Source: Kiritimatiellia bacterium (GTDB lineage: Bacteria > Verrucomicrobiota > Kiritimatiellia > RFP12 > UBA1067). Taken from it: a stretch of 64,000 nucleotides of DNA. A model generated the notes under the pieces. That model searched no databases. It had not been told where the DNA came from and saw nothing but the letters and a program-made list of their open reading frames with translations. Location of the stretch: assembly GCA_045599445.1 (NCBI GenBank), contig JAZRWB010000075.1, forward strand, positions 4,697 through 68,696. Direction: 5' to 3'. The position numbers and the translations under genes are program-made. How positions within the stretch are numbered: the first letter of the stretch is position 1; each line of letters opens with the position of its first letter. Shown here piece by piece: positions 1 through 10,548 of the stretch.

Positions 1-2
1 AC

Positions 3-1481
3 CCGAAGGGCAAGTACGCGTCGTACGCCGACTTTCACCGCGCTTCGCTGCTGGTGAAGTCGCCCGACGCCGCCGCGCGCCGGAAGGGCGTAGAGCTCCT
101 GCTGGGGCTCGCGTTCGGCAAGGACAAGACGTTCGCGGAGGAGGCGCTCTACCTCGCCGCCGTCCAGAGCTACAACGAAAAGCGGTACGGCGAAGCCGGA
201 TCGGTCTTCCGCCGTTACCTCAGGACTTATTCCGACGGGAAGCACGCGGCCGACGTGCGGACGATGTCCGCCTGGAGCGATTACCTCGCGGGGAAGTACG
301 CGGACGCCGTGGCGCTTTGCGGCGACGGGAAGACGGACGACTTCGCCTACCTGAAGGCCGCCTGCGCCTACGCGAGCGGCGATAACGCCGCGGCGGAGAA
401 GCTCTTCAAGGCCTATCTCGAGGACTATCCCCAGGGGAAGTACCGCGCGAACGCGGAACTGCCGTTGACGCGCATGGGGTTCGACGCCGCGGAGAAGAGC
501 GGCGACACGTCCAAGGTCATCGAGAACGCCAAGCGCGCCTATTCGATCTCCAAACAGTCCGGCGACGCCTTGCGCCTCGCCTGGGCCTATGAGACCAGCG
601 GCAAGACGGCGGAGGCCGAACAGCAGTATCTCGAGACGGCGAAGGCCTTTCCGAAGACGGATGACGCCGCCGAGGCGCTGTTCCGCAAGGCGATGATCGA
701 CGCGCGCGCGGGCAAGTGGTCCGCCTGCGATCTCGCGCTCACGGAGGCAATCGCGACCGGTAAGAACGCGAAGCGCGCCGCCGAGTCGCAGTACTGGCGC
801 GGCATCGCGGCCCTGCAGCTCGGACACGAGGCGGAAGGCGCGAACCTCCTCAAGGAGGCGCTCGCGAAGGGGATTTCGCTGGACCAGTCGCGTGAGGCGC
901 GGCTGGTGCTCGCCGACGTCGCGTATCGCGGCGGGCGGACCGAGGAGGCGAAGACGGAGTACGCGAAGCTCGTCAAGGAGGGCGCCTGCGAGCGGATGAA
1001 CGCGGCGAAGACGCTGACGGTCGGAAAACTCCTGGACGGCGAAGAGGCGAAGATCTGCGCCCGCGCGCTGATTCTCTCCGATTCGGCGGAATGGCGTCAG
1101 GCGGGCTACGCCCTCCTGGGTTCGGTCGAGGAGAAGGCGAGCGCGTTCTCGGCGGCGATCGAGGCGTACCGTCAGGCGATGGCGGAGAAGGCGACCGTGT
1201 CCGATCTTTCCGCGGCGTCCCTGGCGCTCGGCAAACTCGAGGCGAAGTCCGGCGAGCATGATCTGGCCGAGGCGACGCTGCGCCGGGCGGTGGAGCTTAA
1301 CGCGGCGGATGCGCGGGCGCGGGCGGAGGCCTATGTCGCGCTCGCCAAGAACGCCGAGGCGGCGGGACGCGTGAAGGACGCGGTGGCGTATGCGACCGTC
1401 ATCGTGTCGCTGTTTTCGGACGAGGCGCTCTGCGCCGAGGCGAAGAAGGTGCTGGACGCGCATCCGGAGGGCGGGAAATGA
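3..1481 (+). CDS. Tetratricopeptide-repeat (TPR) protein, 5' end cut by window edge
   Basis: The frame is open from base 3 (PKGKYASYADF...), so the GTG at 54 is probably internal. The protein is Ala/Leu/Tyr-rich with recurring TPR-like motifs ('YPQGKYRANA', 'AxxxYxxxGxxxEA'). The stop overlaps the next start (ATGA at 1478). Confidence 0.7.
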   Translation, partial: PKGKYASYADFHRASLLVKSPDAAARRKGVELLLGLAFGKDKTFAEEALYLAAVQSYNEKRYGEAGSVFRRYLRTYSDGKHAADVRTMSAWSDYLAGKYADAVALCGDGKTDDFAYLKAACAYASGDNAAAEKLFKAYLEDYPQGKYRANAELPLTRMGFDAAEKSGDTSKVIENAKRAYSISKQSGDALRLAWAYETSGKTAEAEQQYLETAKAFPKTDDAAEALFRKAMIDARAGKWSACDLALTEAIATGKNAKRAAESQYWRGIAALQLGHEAEGANLLKEALAKGISLDQSREARLVLADVAYRGGRTEEAKTEYAKLVKEGACERMNAAKTLTVGKLLDGEEAKICARALILSDSAEWRQAGYALLGSVEEKASAFSAAIEAYRQAMAEKATVSDLSAASLALGKLEAKSGEHDLAEATLRRAVELNAADARARAEAYVALAKNAEAAGRVKDAVAYATVIVSLFSDEALCAEAKKVLDAHPEGGK

Positions 1482-3097
1482 CGAAAGAGCGCAGACAGGA
1501 TCTGGTGGTGCTGGCGATCGTCGTCTCCGTGGCGTTGCACGTGGGGCTGATGTTCTACGTCCGCGCGAAGGTGATGACGCATGTGGCGAACGACGGACTT
1601 CGGAACGCGAAACACGACGTGATGCGGATCCGCGACTATACGCCGCCGGACGATCCGGTCCGCATGGAACGGATCAAGGACATCATGGCCGTCAAGGACG
1701 CGCCGAAGGCGGAGGCGGAGGAGGCGCTGCTGCCGTCGACCGAGCAGCTTCCTGACGATGCGAAGCAGCATTTCGACGACAAGGCGCTCGCGCCCGAAGC
1801 GCCGTCCGCCGCGGAAGTGCAGAACCTCGCGGAAACGCCGGCCGAATTCGACGCGACGCCGCTGGAGCTCTCGAAGACCGCGCCCGATCCGCTGCCGACG
1901 GTCGAGTTCGCCGTGCCGGCGGGCCAGACCCTCACCGCGCCCGAGGCGTTGGCCGGACCGGACCTGAAGATGCCGGCGGCTTTCGGCGCGCCGGAGGTCA
2001 AGGTCGACGTTCCGGTGCTCGGCGGAGATCTCGCGGGTCGCGAACGGATGTCGTCCGTCGCCCGGGCGAAGGTTTCGTTCACGCCGTCCGTCGAGGTGTT
2101 CAAGGAAGTGGACGAGAAGATCGTCGAAGCCGAGAAGGCGGCCGTGCGCGAGCTCATGTCCGAAGACGAGACCGCGGAGCTCGAACCGTTCGTCAATATG
2201 GCGACGGTGAAGGCCGAGGACGCGGGTTGGACGTATTTCAAGATGATGGTGACGCCGCGGACCTCGCTGGCGGTGGTGCCGAAGGACGTCGTCATCCTGT
2301 TGGACGCGTCCGGATCCATCGGCTCCGACCGTCTGGTCAGCTGCCGTCTCGCGGCGAAGGGCATCCTCCGTTCCGCGCTCAACACCGGGGACCGGTTCAA
2401 CCTCGTCGCGTTCCGCAACAGCTTCTCCTATGCGTTCAGGAGCTGGCAGGAGTGCAATACCGTGTCCTTCAACGCGGCGGACAAGTGGCTCTCGAGCCTG
2501 ACGGCGCACGGACGGACCGACGTCTTCTCGACCATCCGTTCGGTCCTGACCCTGCCGCGCGATCCGACGCGTCCGCTGATCGCGCTCGTGGTGACGGACG
2601 GCGATGCGAACGCGGGCGTGAGCGACACGGCGCAGATACTCTCGAAGTTCACGGACCTGAACGACGGACTCGTCTCGGTCTACATGTACGGCGTCCGGAG
2701 CAGCGCCAACCGCGAGCTCATCGACGTCCTGACGCACGGCAACCGCGGCGAGAGCTTCATCCACGGCGGCTCGCGCTGGAAGGCGGGCGACGGGATCGAT
2801 TCGCTTTCGACGCGCTTCCGCGATCCGGTCCTTTCCGACCTCCGGCTGGTCTTCACGACCGAGTCGCGTGTGACGGCGTATCCGCGGCTCTTGAAGAACC
2901 TGTACCGCGGCGACACGATCGAGGTGACCGGACGCGTGCCGCGCGGGGTGAACGAGGTGGCGTTTTCGCTGAAGGGCCTTCACGGGTCTGAGGTCTACGA
3001 GGGCTTTTTCAAAGTCGACCTTTCGAAGTGCGTGACCGATCCGTCCGTAGTGTCCGGCTGGGCCGAGGAGCACGCCATCGATCTCAAGTTGAGATGA
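1478..3097 (+). CDS. Membrane-anchored von Willebrand factor type A (vWA) domain protein
   Basis: It has an N-terminal TM helix (LVVLAIVVSVALHVGLMFYV) and an acidic/Pro-rich linker. The vWA fold follows, with MIDAS-type 'VVILLDASGSIG' and a later 'VVTDGDAN'. ATGA overlaps join it to both neighbours. Confidence 0.75.
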   Translation: MTKERRQDLVVLAIVVSVALHVGLMFYVRAKVMTHVANDGLRNAKHDVMRIRDYTPPDDPVRMERIKDIMAVKDAPKAEAEEALLPSTEQLPDDAKQHFDDKALAPEAPSAAEVQNLAETPAEFDATPLELSKTAPDPLPTVEFAVPAGQTLTAPEALAGPDLKMPAAFGAPEVKVDVPVLGGDLAGRERMSSVARAKVSFTPSVEVFKEVDEKIVEAEKAAVRELMSEDETAELEPFVNMATVKAEDAGWTYFKMMVTPRTSLAVVPKDVVILLDASGSIGSDRLVSCRLAAKGILRSALNTGDRFNLVAFRNSFSYAFRSWQECNTVSFNAADKWLSSLTAHGRTDVFSTIRSVLTLPRDPTRPLIALVVTDGDANAGVSDTAQILSKFTDLNDGLVSVYMYGVRSSANRELIDVLTHGNRGESFIHGGSRWKAGDGIDSLSTRFRDPVLSDLRLVFTTESRVTAYPRLLKNLYRGDTIEVTGRVPRGVNEVAFSLKGLHGSEVYEGFFKVDLSKCVTDPSVVSGWAEEHAIDLKLR

Positions 3098-4098
3098 CGG
3101 GAAGCGCGGTCGAGATCAGCGTCGTCATTCCGTGCTGGAACGTCAGCCCGTACTTGACGCGTTGCCTTGACAGCGTTTTCGCCGCGCTTCCCCGGTCCGC
3201 CGAGGTCCTGGCCGTCGACGACGGATCGACGGACGACACGCTGAAAATCCTCGAAGCGCGCGCGGCGTCCGATCCGCGCCTCCGCGTTCTCGCCGTTCCG
3301 CACCGCGGCGTTTCCGCCGCTCGCAACGCCGCGCTCGACGCCGCCGGCGGCCGGCTGGTGTTCTTCGTCGATCCGGACGACGTCGTCGAGGCGGATTACT
3401 TCACGGCGATGGCCTCCGCGCTCGATCGTGACGGCGCCGATGTCTGCGTCTGCGCCTATGCGGGTTCGGCGCTCAAGGGCGATTACCGTTTCCGGACGAA
3501 CGCGGAGGTCCGCGCGGGTTATCTGCCGCGGGTCTTCGGATATTCCGACGGAGACGTGCGCGCCTGGTACGCCGGGCGTCCGCTCTTCGCCGGACGGGAG
3601 ATGGCGGGCGTGTGGCGGATGGCGTTCCGGCGGGCCTTCCTCGAGGCGCGGCGCATTCGTTTCGACGAGCGCATCGAGCTTTACGAGGACGCGATGTTCG
3701 TTTCCGAATGCCTGCTTTCGGCGGCGTCGATGACCTGCGTGGACCGTCCGCTCTACCGGGTGACGGCGCGGGCGTCCGGCGCGATGCGCACGGTGCCGCG
3801 AGACGGCGCCAGGTTCTGCCGCAACAAGCTCGCGCTGCTCGCGAAGCGGCGGGAGCTCGACGCCCGCGAAGGCGGTGCGCTGGGTCCGCTCTATTCCGCC
3901 TCGTGCGTCTTCTCCGCGCTGGAGATACTCGCGTGCATACTGCGCCGTCGCGTCGCGTGGAGGGAGGGGCGCAGATGCCTCGCCGGTTACCTCGCCGATC
4001 CGTTCGTGCGCGCGTCGTTGCGGACCTTCCCCGTGTCCTGGAAACATCCGCTGCTCGCGACGGCGGTGCGTCTGTTGTGCTATACTATCGGGAGATGA
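3094..4098 (+). CDS. Family 2 glycosyltransferase (GT-A)
   Basis: GT2 signature with DxD: 'ISVVIPCWNVSPYLTRCLDSV ... VDDGSTDDT ... FVDPDD'. I moved the start to ATG 3094 (ATGA overlap with the upstream stop) rather than track start 3028. Confidence 0.85.
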   Translation: MTGSAVEISVVIPCWNVSPYLTRCLDSVFAALPRSAEVLAVDDGSTDDTLKILEARAASDPRLRVLAVPHRGVSAARNAALDAAGGRLVFFVDPDDVVEADYFTAMASALDRDGADVCVCAYAGSALKGDYRFRTNAEVRAGYLPRVFGYSDGDVRAWYAGRPLFAGREMAGVWRMAFRRAFLEARRIRFDERIELYEDAMFVSECLLSAASMTCVDRPLYRVTARASGAMRTVPRDGARFCRNKLALLAKRRELDAREGGALGPLYSASCVFSALEILACILRRRVAWREGRRCLAGYLADPFVRASLRTFPVSWKHPLLATAVRLLCYTIGR

Positions 4099-4322
4099 AG
4101 ATCGATTCACAGGAGTTCCTCGACCGGGTGGCGGGCGTCCTCGAAGTCCCGTCCGTGACGCCGGACTGCGATTTCCGCGCGGGTCCGCTCTGGGATTCGC
4201 TCACCGCCTTCGCCCTCCGGGTCATGATCGGACAGAAGTACGGCCGCACGCTGTCCGCGGCGGATCTCGAGTCCTGCCGGACGGTCGCGGATCTCATGAA
4301 GGCCGCGGGGGTGGACGCATGA
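4095..4322 (+). CDS. Acyl/peptidyl carrier protein (ACP-like)
   Basis: A 75-aa protein taken from the 3' part of track ORF 3612..4322. 'PLWDSLTAF' matches the DSL phosphopantetheine-attachment motif. ATG 4095 overlaps the GT2 stop. Confidence 0.65.
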   Translation: MKIDSQEFLDRVAGVLEVPSVTPDCDFRAGPLWDSLTAFALRVMIGQKYGRTLSAADLESCRTVADLMKAAGVDA

Positions 4323-4951
4323 AGCACCTGATCATCATCGGCGCGGGCGGATTCGGACGCGAGATGTTCGGCGCGGCGCGGGAATGCGTCGGCTTCGGCA
4401 CGGACTTCGACGTCAAGGGCTTTCTCGACGCGAGATCCGACGCGCTCTCCGGCTTCTCCGGCTATCCGCCGGTCGTCGGCTCGCCCGATGGCTACGTGCC
4501 GCAGACGGACGACGTCTTCATTTCCGCGCTCGGTTCGATTCCCGCCCGGCGGCGCTGTGTCGCGGCGATCGAGGCGAAGGGCGGCGTGTTCGTCTCCCTC
4601 GTCCACAGGTCCGCCTTCGTCGGTCCGAACGTCACGATCGGCGCGGGTTCGTTTCTCGCGCCGCACGTTTCGCTTACGGCGGACGTCGCGGTCGGACGGC
4701 ACGTTTCGGTCTTCCACTCGAGCTCGGTCGGTCACGATTCGCGGCTCGGCGACTGGTCCCACGTCTACGCCCAGTGCTCGCTCGGCGGCGGCGTGACGCT
4801 CGGAGAGGGCGCGGTCGTGTATCCGGGTTCCGTGGTCGTTCCGCGGCGGACGATCGGCGCGGGCGCGGTCGTGGGCGCGGGCAGTACGGTGTTCCTGGAC
4901 GTGGAGCCGGGAGTGACGGTGCTCGGGAATCCCGCCGCGCCGCTCGAATGA
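4319..4951 (+). CDS. NeuD/PglD-family sugar acyltransferase (hexapeptide-repeat)
   Basis: N-terminal 'HLIIIGAGGFGRE' nucleotide-binding-like segment plus C-terminal left-handed beta-helix hexapeptide repeats (IGAGSFLAPHVSLTADVAVGRHVSV...). ATG 4319 overlaps the ACP stop. Confidence 0.75.
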   Translation: MKHLIIIGAGGFGREMFGAARECVGFGTDFDVKGFLDARSDALSGFSGYPPVVGSPDGYVPQTDDVFISALGSIPARRRCVAAIEAKGGVFVSLVHRSAFVGPNVTIGAGSFLAPHVSLTADVAVGRHVSVFHSSSVGHDSRLGDWSHVYAQCSLGGGVTLGEGAVVYPGSVVVPRRTIGAGAVVGAGSTVFLDVEPGVTVLGNPAAPLE

Positions 4952-4975
4952 TCTTCAAAGGAAAGGTTCATAGAA

Positions 4976-5473
4976 ATGGCAAACGCAATCGTCGGTATCG
5001 TGATGGGCAGTGATTCGGACTGGCCGCTGGTGAAGAAGGCCTGCGACACGCTCGATAAGTTCGGCGTCGGTTACGAGACGCGCGTCATCTCCGCGCACCG
5101 TACGCCCGAAGTCGCGATCGAATACTCCAAGACCGCCGAGGAACGCGGACTCAAGGTCATCATCGCCGCGGCGGGCGGCGCGGCGCATCTCGGCGGCGTG
5201 CTCGCGGCGGCGACCGTCCTTCCGGTGATCGGCATTCCGGTCGCGGGCGGGGCCCTGAACGGACTCGACGCCCTCTACGCGACGGTCCAGATGCCGTCCG
5301 GCGTTCCGGTCGCGACCGTCGCGTGCGGCTCGGCCGGTCCGACGAACGCGGCGCTCCTCGCCATCCAGATCCTCGGCACGGCCGATGCGGACCTCCGCGC
5401 GAAATTCCACGCGCACAAGGAGGAGCTCAAGGCCAAGGTCGCCGTGGCGAACGAGAAGATCCACCAGGCATGA
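4976..5473 (+). CDS. purE: N5-carboxyaminoimidazole ribonucleotide mutase
   Basis: '[12 protein letters not shown] ... ISAHRTPE ... [17 protein letters not shown] ... PVIGIPV' is the canonical PurE sequence pattern; 165 aa. Confidence 0.93.
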   Translation: MANAIVGIVMGSDSDWPLVKKACDTLDKFGVGYETRVISAHRTPEVAIEYSKTAEERGLKVIIAAAGGAAHLGGVLAAATVLPVIGIPVAGGALNGLDALYATVQMPSGVPVATVACGSAGPTNAALLAIQILGTADADLRAKFHAHKEELKAKVAVANEKIHQA

Positions 5474-6459
5474 AGGCTGCGCTTGTTACGGGCGGGGCGG
5501 GATTCCTCGGACGTCATCTCTGCCAGCGGCTGCTGGCGGACGGGTTCAAGGTCACGGCCCTGGACAACCTCTATACGGGGACGAAGGACAACATCGCGGA
5601 GTTCGCGTCCGATCCCGACTTCACGTTCGTCGAAGGCGACGTGACGGAGATCGGTGCGGAGGACGCGCGTCTGGCGGGTCCGTTCGACGAGATCTACAAC
5701 CTGGCGTGCCCGGCGAGCCCGATCCATTACCAGCGGTGTCCGATCGCGTCCACCAAGACCTCCGTTTTCGGAGTCCTCCTCTGTCTGGAACTCGCGATGC
5801 GGGACGGCGCGAAGCTGCTTCACTGCTCGACGAGCGAGATCTACGGTGACGCGCTGGTGCATCCGCAGGAGGAGCATTACTGGGGCAACGTCAACACGAT
5901 CGGGATCCGCAGCTGCTACGACGAAGGCAAGCGCGTGGCGGAGACGCTGATCGCGGACCACATCCGCGTCCACGACGTCGACGCGCGCATGGTGCGCATC
6001 TTCAACACGTACGGACCCTACATGCATCCGCAGGACGGACGCGTGATCTCGAATTTCATCATGCAGGCCCTCCGTGACGAGGACATCACGATCTACGGCA
6101 CGGGTTCGCAGACGCGCTCGTTCCAGTACTGCGAGGATCTGATCAACGCCTTCCGCAGGTACATGGAGCTGCCGAAGGAGACGGTGCGCGCGTTCGCCGC
6201 GAAGCACGCGCTTGGCGCGCCCGTCATCAACACCGGCAATCCCGGCGAATACACGATCCGCGAGCTCGCGGAGCTGACGCTCAGGATGATGCCGGAGTCC
6301 AGGTCGAAGCTGGTGACGCGTCCCCTGCCGGGCGACGATCCGAAGCAGCGGCGTCCGGACATCACGCTCGCGAAGGAGCTGCTCGGCTGGGAACCGCGCA
6401 TTCCGCTCGTCGAGGGCCTCGCCCGGACGATCGATTATTTCAGGAAGCGCGGGGCATGA
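5470..6459 (+). CDS. UDP-glucuronate decarboxylase (UDP-xylose synthase), SDR family
   Basis: 'VTGGAGFLG', '[33 protein letters not shown]', 'RIFNTYGP.M...[12 protein letters not shown]', 'G.GSQTRSF.Y'. ATG 5470 overlaps the purE stop. Confidence 0.88.
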   Translation: MKAALVTGGAGFLGRHLCQRLLADGFKVTALDNLYTGTKDNIAEFASDPDFTFVEGDVTEIGAEDARLAGPFDEIYNLACPASPIHYQRCPIASTKTSVFGVLLCLELAMRDGAKLLHCSTSEIYGDALVHPQEEHYWGNVNTIGIRSCYDEGKRVAETLIADHIRVHDVDARMVRIFNTYGPYMHPQDGRVISNFIMQALRDEDITIYGTGSQTRSFQYCEDLINAFRRYMELPKETVRAFAAKHALGAPVINTGNPGEYTIRELAELTLRMMPESRSKLVTRPLPGDDPKQRRPDITLAKELLGWEPRIPLVEGLARTIDYFRKRGA

Positions 6460-8390
6460 GGTCCGTCCCGAGGTCCGCGGCGTTGCTTTTGCTGGCGATT
6501 TGCGCCTGTCGGAGCGCGCAGGACTATCGGGAGGAGGCCGATCGCACCGAGGAACTCTACCTGTCCGCCTATCAGCGTCAGGTGACGGGGCGGACCGAGG
6601 CGATCGAGATCGAAACCGCGGCGGACACGTTGCGCCGGCGGCTCATGCTCGATCAGAACCTGCTGGCGAACGATCCGGCGTCGTTCGGCATCCGCGACCT
6701 GCCGACCAACCGTTACTGGAACGCGGAGGAGCGGTTGCTGCCGGGCGGGGAGGATCCGTCCCTCGCCGTGTGGCAGGGCGGTACGAACGCGTTGGAGATC
6801 GGACTCATCGACGCGGTCCGCATCGCGGCGTGCAATTCGCGCGAATACCGGAGCCGGAAGGAATCGCTTTTCCAGGCGGCCCTCGCGATGGATCTTGCGG
6901 ACGACACGTTCCGGACCATCTTCAACGGCGTGTTGTCGTCCAACATGGGCGTGTATCGCGACGGGAACGAGCGGGACGCCGTCGCGAACCACGCCGTGAG
7001 CCACGACGAGGCGGTGAATCTCGGCGCGACGCGGAAGTTCCGTAACGGCGTGCGCATCACCGGTTCGATCATGGCGAATCTCGCGGGCATGCTCACGGGC
7101 AACCGGCGGACGGCGTGGGGCTCTTCCGCGGATCTGAGCGTGTCGATTCCGCTCCTGCGCGGCGCCGGCGAGTTCGTCAACACCGAGCCCCTGACGCAGG
7201 CGGAGCGGAACTTCGTCTACCACGTGCGGGACTTCGAACAGTACAAGCGGTCGTTCATCTGCCAGATCGAGAGCGCCTATCTCGCGCTTGTGCTCGCGAA
7301 GCGCCAGCAGCAGAACCAGGACGAGGCGTTCCGCCGCGTGATCCGCTCCACGCGCCGTTCCTACCGGATGGCCGAGGCGAGCCGCATGTCGCAATCCCAG
7401 TTCGAGCAGGCGCATCAGAGCGAACTGTCGTCGAAGGCGAGCTGGATCGCCTCCTGCCAGAGTTACGAGGCGTCGAAGGACTCGTTCAAGATGACGCTCG
7501 GGCTGCCGCCGGACGCCCGCATCGAGCCGCGCGAAAGCGATCTCGCGGAACTCGAGAAGTACGTCGGCCGTTACGCGCAGCTCGAGCTCGGTCCGTATGA
7601 CATGGGCGGAGAGAATCCGAACGAGATCACCCTCCAGCAGCCGGATTCCGTCGATGTCGGCGACTTGAAGCGCCGGACCGACGTGGCGATCGCGCTGGCG
7701 TTTTCCAACCGCCTCGATTTCGTCTCGTGCCGGGACCGCGTCGAGGACGCGCAGCGCGCGCTGCTCGTCGCCGAGGACAACCTCCGGGCGGAGGTGACGT
7801 TCGGAGCGTCCGTTTCGGGGTTCGCGGACACGGTCGGTCCGCAGTCGCGCCGCGAAGGCGTCGACCACGGCAGGCTCCATCCGCGGGACTGGACGGCGTC
7901 GCCGCTGCTCACGGTGGATCTGCCGATCGAACGTCGGGCCGAGCGCAACGCCTATCGCGCCGCGCTGATCGAGATGGAGGCCGCGGTCCGCGCCTACCAG
8001 GGTGAGGAGGACGCGCTCAAGGAGACCGTCCGTTCGGCGATGCGTTCGATGAACCAGACGAAGGACAATCTCCAGATCCAGTTCATCGCGATGAACCTGG
8101 CCGAACGCCGCGTCCGCAACCAGGAGATCCTGCTGCAGGCGGGTCGGGCGGACATGACGGTCATGCTCGAGGCGCAGGATTCGCTCGTCCAGGCGAAGAA
8201 CTCGCTCTATTCGGCGATGATCAGCTACAAGAACCAGGAACTGGCGCTGCAACGCGATCTCGGGCTGCTCGACGTGTCGGTGAACGGAACCTGGCGGGAG
8301 GCCGACCTCGTGTCGCTCGGCGTCCTGCCGGTGCCCAGGCCGGCGGCGAAGGACGCGGACGGGAATCGGGATACGACGGGGGAGACATGA
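6456..8390 (+). CDS. TolC-family outer-membrane efflux protein (cassette 1)
   Basis: Signal peptide with a Cys-containing end ([11 protein letters not shown]). The 644-aa body is a coiled-coil-rich, Q/E/A/L/R repetitive two-repeat sequence typical of OEP/TolC. It is first in a four-gene efflux operon with ATGA overlaps. Confidence 0.75.
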   Translation: MRSVPRSAALLLLAICACRSAQDYREEADRTEELYLSAYQRQVTGRTEAIEIETAADTLRRRLMLDQNLLANDPASFGIRDLPTNRYWNAEERLLPGGEDPSLAVWQGGTNALEIGLIDAVRIAACNSREYRSRKESLFQAALAMDLADDTFRTIFNGVLSSNMGVYRDGNERDAVANHAVSHDEAVNLGATRKFRNGVRITGSIMANLAGMLTGNRRTAWGSSADLSVSIPLLRGAGEFVNTEPLTQAERNFVYHVRDFEQYKRSFICQIESAYLALVLAKRQQQNQDEAFRRVIRSTRRSYRMAEASRMSQSQFEQAHQSELSSKASWIASCQSYEASKDSFKMTLGLPPDARIEPRESDLAELEKYVGRYAQLELGPYDMGGENPNEITLQQPDSVDVGDLKRRTDVAIALAFSNRLDFVSCRDRVEDAQRALLVAEDNLRAEVTFGASVSGFADTVGPQSRREGVDHGRLHPRDWTASPLLTVDLPIERRAERNAYRAALIEMEAAVRAYQGEEDALKETVRSAMRSMNQTKDNLQIQFIAMNLAERRVRNQEILLQAGRADMTVMLEAQDSLVQAKNSLYSAMISYKNQELALQRDLGLLDVSVNGTWREADLVSLGVLPVPRPAAKDADGNRDTTGET

Positions 8391-9865
8391 AGAAGAGATA
8401 CATGGCAATCGGCGTCGGCATCGCGGCGGCGGCGGCAGCCGTCCTGTTCGGACGCGGCAAGGCGCCTTCGGGCGAGACGGCGACGCTCTACGCGACCGTC
8501 CAGGAAGGACCGCTCGTCATCAACGTGGAGGAGTACGGGGAGATCGTGCCGAGCGAGCAGATCACGCTGAAGAGCGAGGTGCAGGGCCGCACGTCGATCA
8601 TCTCCCTCGTGCCGGAAGGCAGGATCGTCGAGAAGGGCGAGGTCCTCATCCAGCTCGACGTGTCGGCGAAGATCGACGAGAAGGACAGCCAGGAGATCAC
8701 GCTCCGCAACGCCGAGAGCGCGCTGGAGGTCGCGACGGCGGCGTTGGAAATCCAACGTAACCAGTCCGCCTCCGACATCGAGATCGCCGAGCAGAACTAC
8801 ATGTTCGCGAAGGAGGATCTCGACAAGTACGAGAACGGCGAGTATCCGACGAAGCTCATCGCCCAGAAGGGCCAGCTCGCGATCAGCGAGCAGCAGGTGA
8901 AGCAGGCGAAGGACAAGTACGAGTGGTCGAAGAAGCTCTTCGCCGAGGACTTCATCTCCGAGACCGAACTCGAGGGCGACGAGTTGAGCTGGAAGTCGAG
9001 TCAGCTGTCGTTCGAGTCCGCGAAGCGCGAGCTCGAGCTGCTCGAGACGTTCACGCACCGGCGCGAGCTCGCGAAGTACCGCAGCGACGTCAAGCAGATG
9101 GGCATGGCCCTCGAGCGGACGCGCAAGAGCGCGGCCTCGGCGATCGCCCAGGCCGAGAGCAACCTCCGCGCCCGCGAGAGCGAGTTCCGCAAGCAGCAGC
9201 AGCGCTACGAGAAGATCACCAACCAGATCGAACTGGCGACGATCCGCGCGCCGCGCGCCGGTCAGGTCGTGTACGCGACTTCGCGCATGGGCCGTGAACC
9301 GCTGCAGGAGGGGCAGGAGGTGTGGGAGCGTCAGGAACTGATCGTCCTGCCGACGGCCGAGAGCTTCGCCGCGAAGGTCAACATCCACGAAGCGAGCCTG
9401 AAGTCGATTTCGACCGGTATGCCGGTGCGCGTGCGGTGCGACGCGCTTCCGGACCGCGTTTTCGCCGGTGTCGTCGAGAAGATCGCGCCGATGCCCGACA
9501 ACGAGCGCAAGTGGATGAATCCGGACCTCAAGGAGTATCCGACGCGCGTGCTGATCCCCGACGGACAGGGCGAGCTCCGCAACGGCATGGGCTGCAAGGC
9601 CGAGATCATCGTCGCCCAGTACGACAACGTGCTCTACGTGCCGGTGCAGTGCGTCGTCCGCGTCGCGGGCGAATCGTACGTCTGGGTCAAGGGGGCGGTC
9701 GGCGACGAGCGCCGCAAGGTCGTGACCGGACTTGATAACAGCCGGTTCGTCCGCATCATTTCCGGACTTTCGGCCCGCGAGGAGGTTTCGCTTTCGCCGC
9801 CGCTCGGAGAGTCCGTCGCGGACGAAGACCTGAAGACGGTTCCGGAGACGGCGGAAACCAAATGA
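8387..9865 (+). CDS. HlyD/MacA-type periplasmic adaptor (membrane fusion protein)
   Basis: N-terminal anchor, long coiled-coil hairpin segment, and beta-barrel C-terminus ('ATIRAPRAGQVVY', 'GMPVRVRCDALPD..F.G.V..I'). Positioned between the TolC and ABC genes. Confidence 0.8.
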   Translation: MKKRYMAIGVGIAAAAAAVLFGRGKAPSGETATLYATVQEGPLVINVEEYGEIVPSEQITLKSEVQGRTSIISLVPEGRIVEKGEVLIQLDVSAKIDEKDSQEITLRNAESALEVATAALEIQRNQSASDIEIAEQNYMFAKEDLDKYENGEYPTKLIAQKGQLAISEQQVKQAKDKYEWSKKLFAEDFISETELEGDELSWKSSQLSFESAKRELELLETFTHRRELAKYRSDVKQMGMALERTRKSAASAIAQAESNLRARESEFRKQQQRYEKITNQIELATIRAPRAGQVVYATSRMGREPLQEGQEVWERQELIVLPTAESFAAKVNIHEASLKSISTGMPVRVRCDALPDRVFAGVVEKIAPMPDNERKWMNPDLKEYPTRVLIPDGQGELRNGMGCKAEIIVAQYDNVLYVPVQCVVRVAGESYVWVKGAVGDERRKVVTGLDNSRFVRIISGLSAREEVSLSPPLGESVADEDLKTVPETAETK

Positions 9866-10548
9866 ACGGAACGCCCTACGCCATCGAGATCGAAAACCTC
9901 ACCAAGGTCTATGACATGGGTGCGGAGAGGGTCCATGCCCTCAAGGGCGTTTCGGTGAAGGTCGAGCAGGGCGGTTTCTGGGCGATCATGGGCCACTCCG
10001 GCTCGGGCAAGTCGACGATGCTCCAGATCCTCGGCTGCCTCGACCGGCCGACTTCGGGGAACTACCTGCTGAACGGACGGGAGGTGTCGCGCCTCGGCGA
10101 CGACGAGCTGTCGGACGTCCGCCTCAAGTATCTCGGCTTCGTCTTCCAGAGCTTCAACCTCATCCCCCAGCTGACCGTCGCCGAGAACATCGCGCTGCCG
10201 CTCTACTATCAGGGCGTCGATGACGCGAAGAGCCGCCGCATCGCCGTGGAGTACGCCGAGTACGTCGGGCTCGCCGACCGGCTCGGTCACCGGCCGAACC
10301 AGCTTTCGGGCGGACAGCAGCAGCTCGTCGCGATCGCCCGTGCGCTCGCGACCGACCCGGTCGTGATCCTCGCCGACGAACCGACCGGCAATCTCGACAC
10401 CGCGATGAGCGTCGAGATCATGAACCTCTTCACCGACCTCCACAAGCGGGGCAAGACCATCGTGATGGTCACGCACGAGGACGATATCGCGGCCTACGCC
10501 GAGCACCGGCTGGTGATGTGCGACGGGCTCGTCAAGGAGGTCCGATGA
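9862..10548 (+). CDS. ABC transporter ATP-binding protein (MacB/LolD-type)
   Basis: Walker A 'GHSGSGKST', signature 'LSGGQQQ', Walker B '[11 protein letters not shown]', H-loop 'VMVTHE'. Confidence 0.92.
   Translation: MNGTPYAIEIENLTKVYDMGAERVHALKGVSVKVEQGGFWAIMGHSGSGKSTMLQILGCLDRPTSGNYLLNGREVSRLGDDELSDVRLKYLGFVFQSFNLIPQLTVAENIALPLYYQGVDDAKSRRIAVEYAEYVGLADRLGHRPNQLSGGQQQLVAIARALATDPVVILADEPTGNLDTAMSVEIMNLFTDLHKRGKTIVMVTHEDDIAAYAEHRLVMCDGLVKEVR

Noticed and set aside
1331-3073. 580-aa minus-strand ORF, plus similar ones at 2995..4110, 4955..5464 and 5275..6207
   Set aside because: These have Arg/Gly/Pro/His-rich low-complexity translations with no motifs. They lie exactly antisense to well-supported + strand genes (vWA, GT2, purE, UXS). 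This is the typical antisense shadow of high-GC coding sequence.
4078-4086. TGcTATACT upstream of the ACP gene as a real promoter
   Set aside because: It lies inside the GT2 coding sequence, and the ACP start is already translationally coupled by an ATGA overlap. A chance match cannot be excluded, so it is not listed as a feature.
6435-8408. 657-aa minus-strand ORF, and those at 8225..9388, 9634..10506, 10494..11873 and 11797..13164
   Set aside because: They are antisense to the TolC/HlyD/ABC/permease/purH genes, and their composition is dominated by R, L, E, D and H. The + strand products carry unmistakable Walker, FtsX and PurH motifs.
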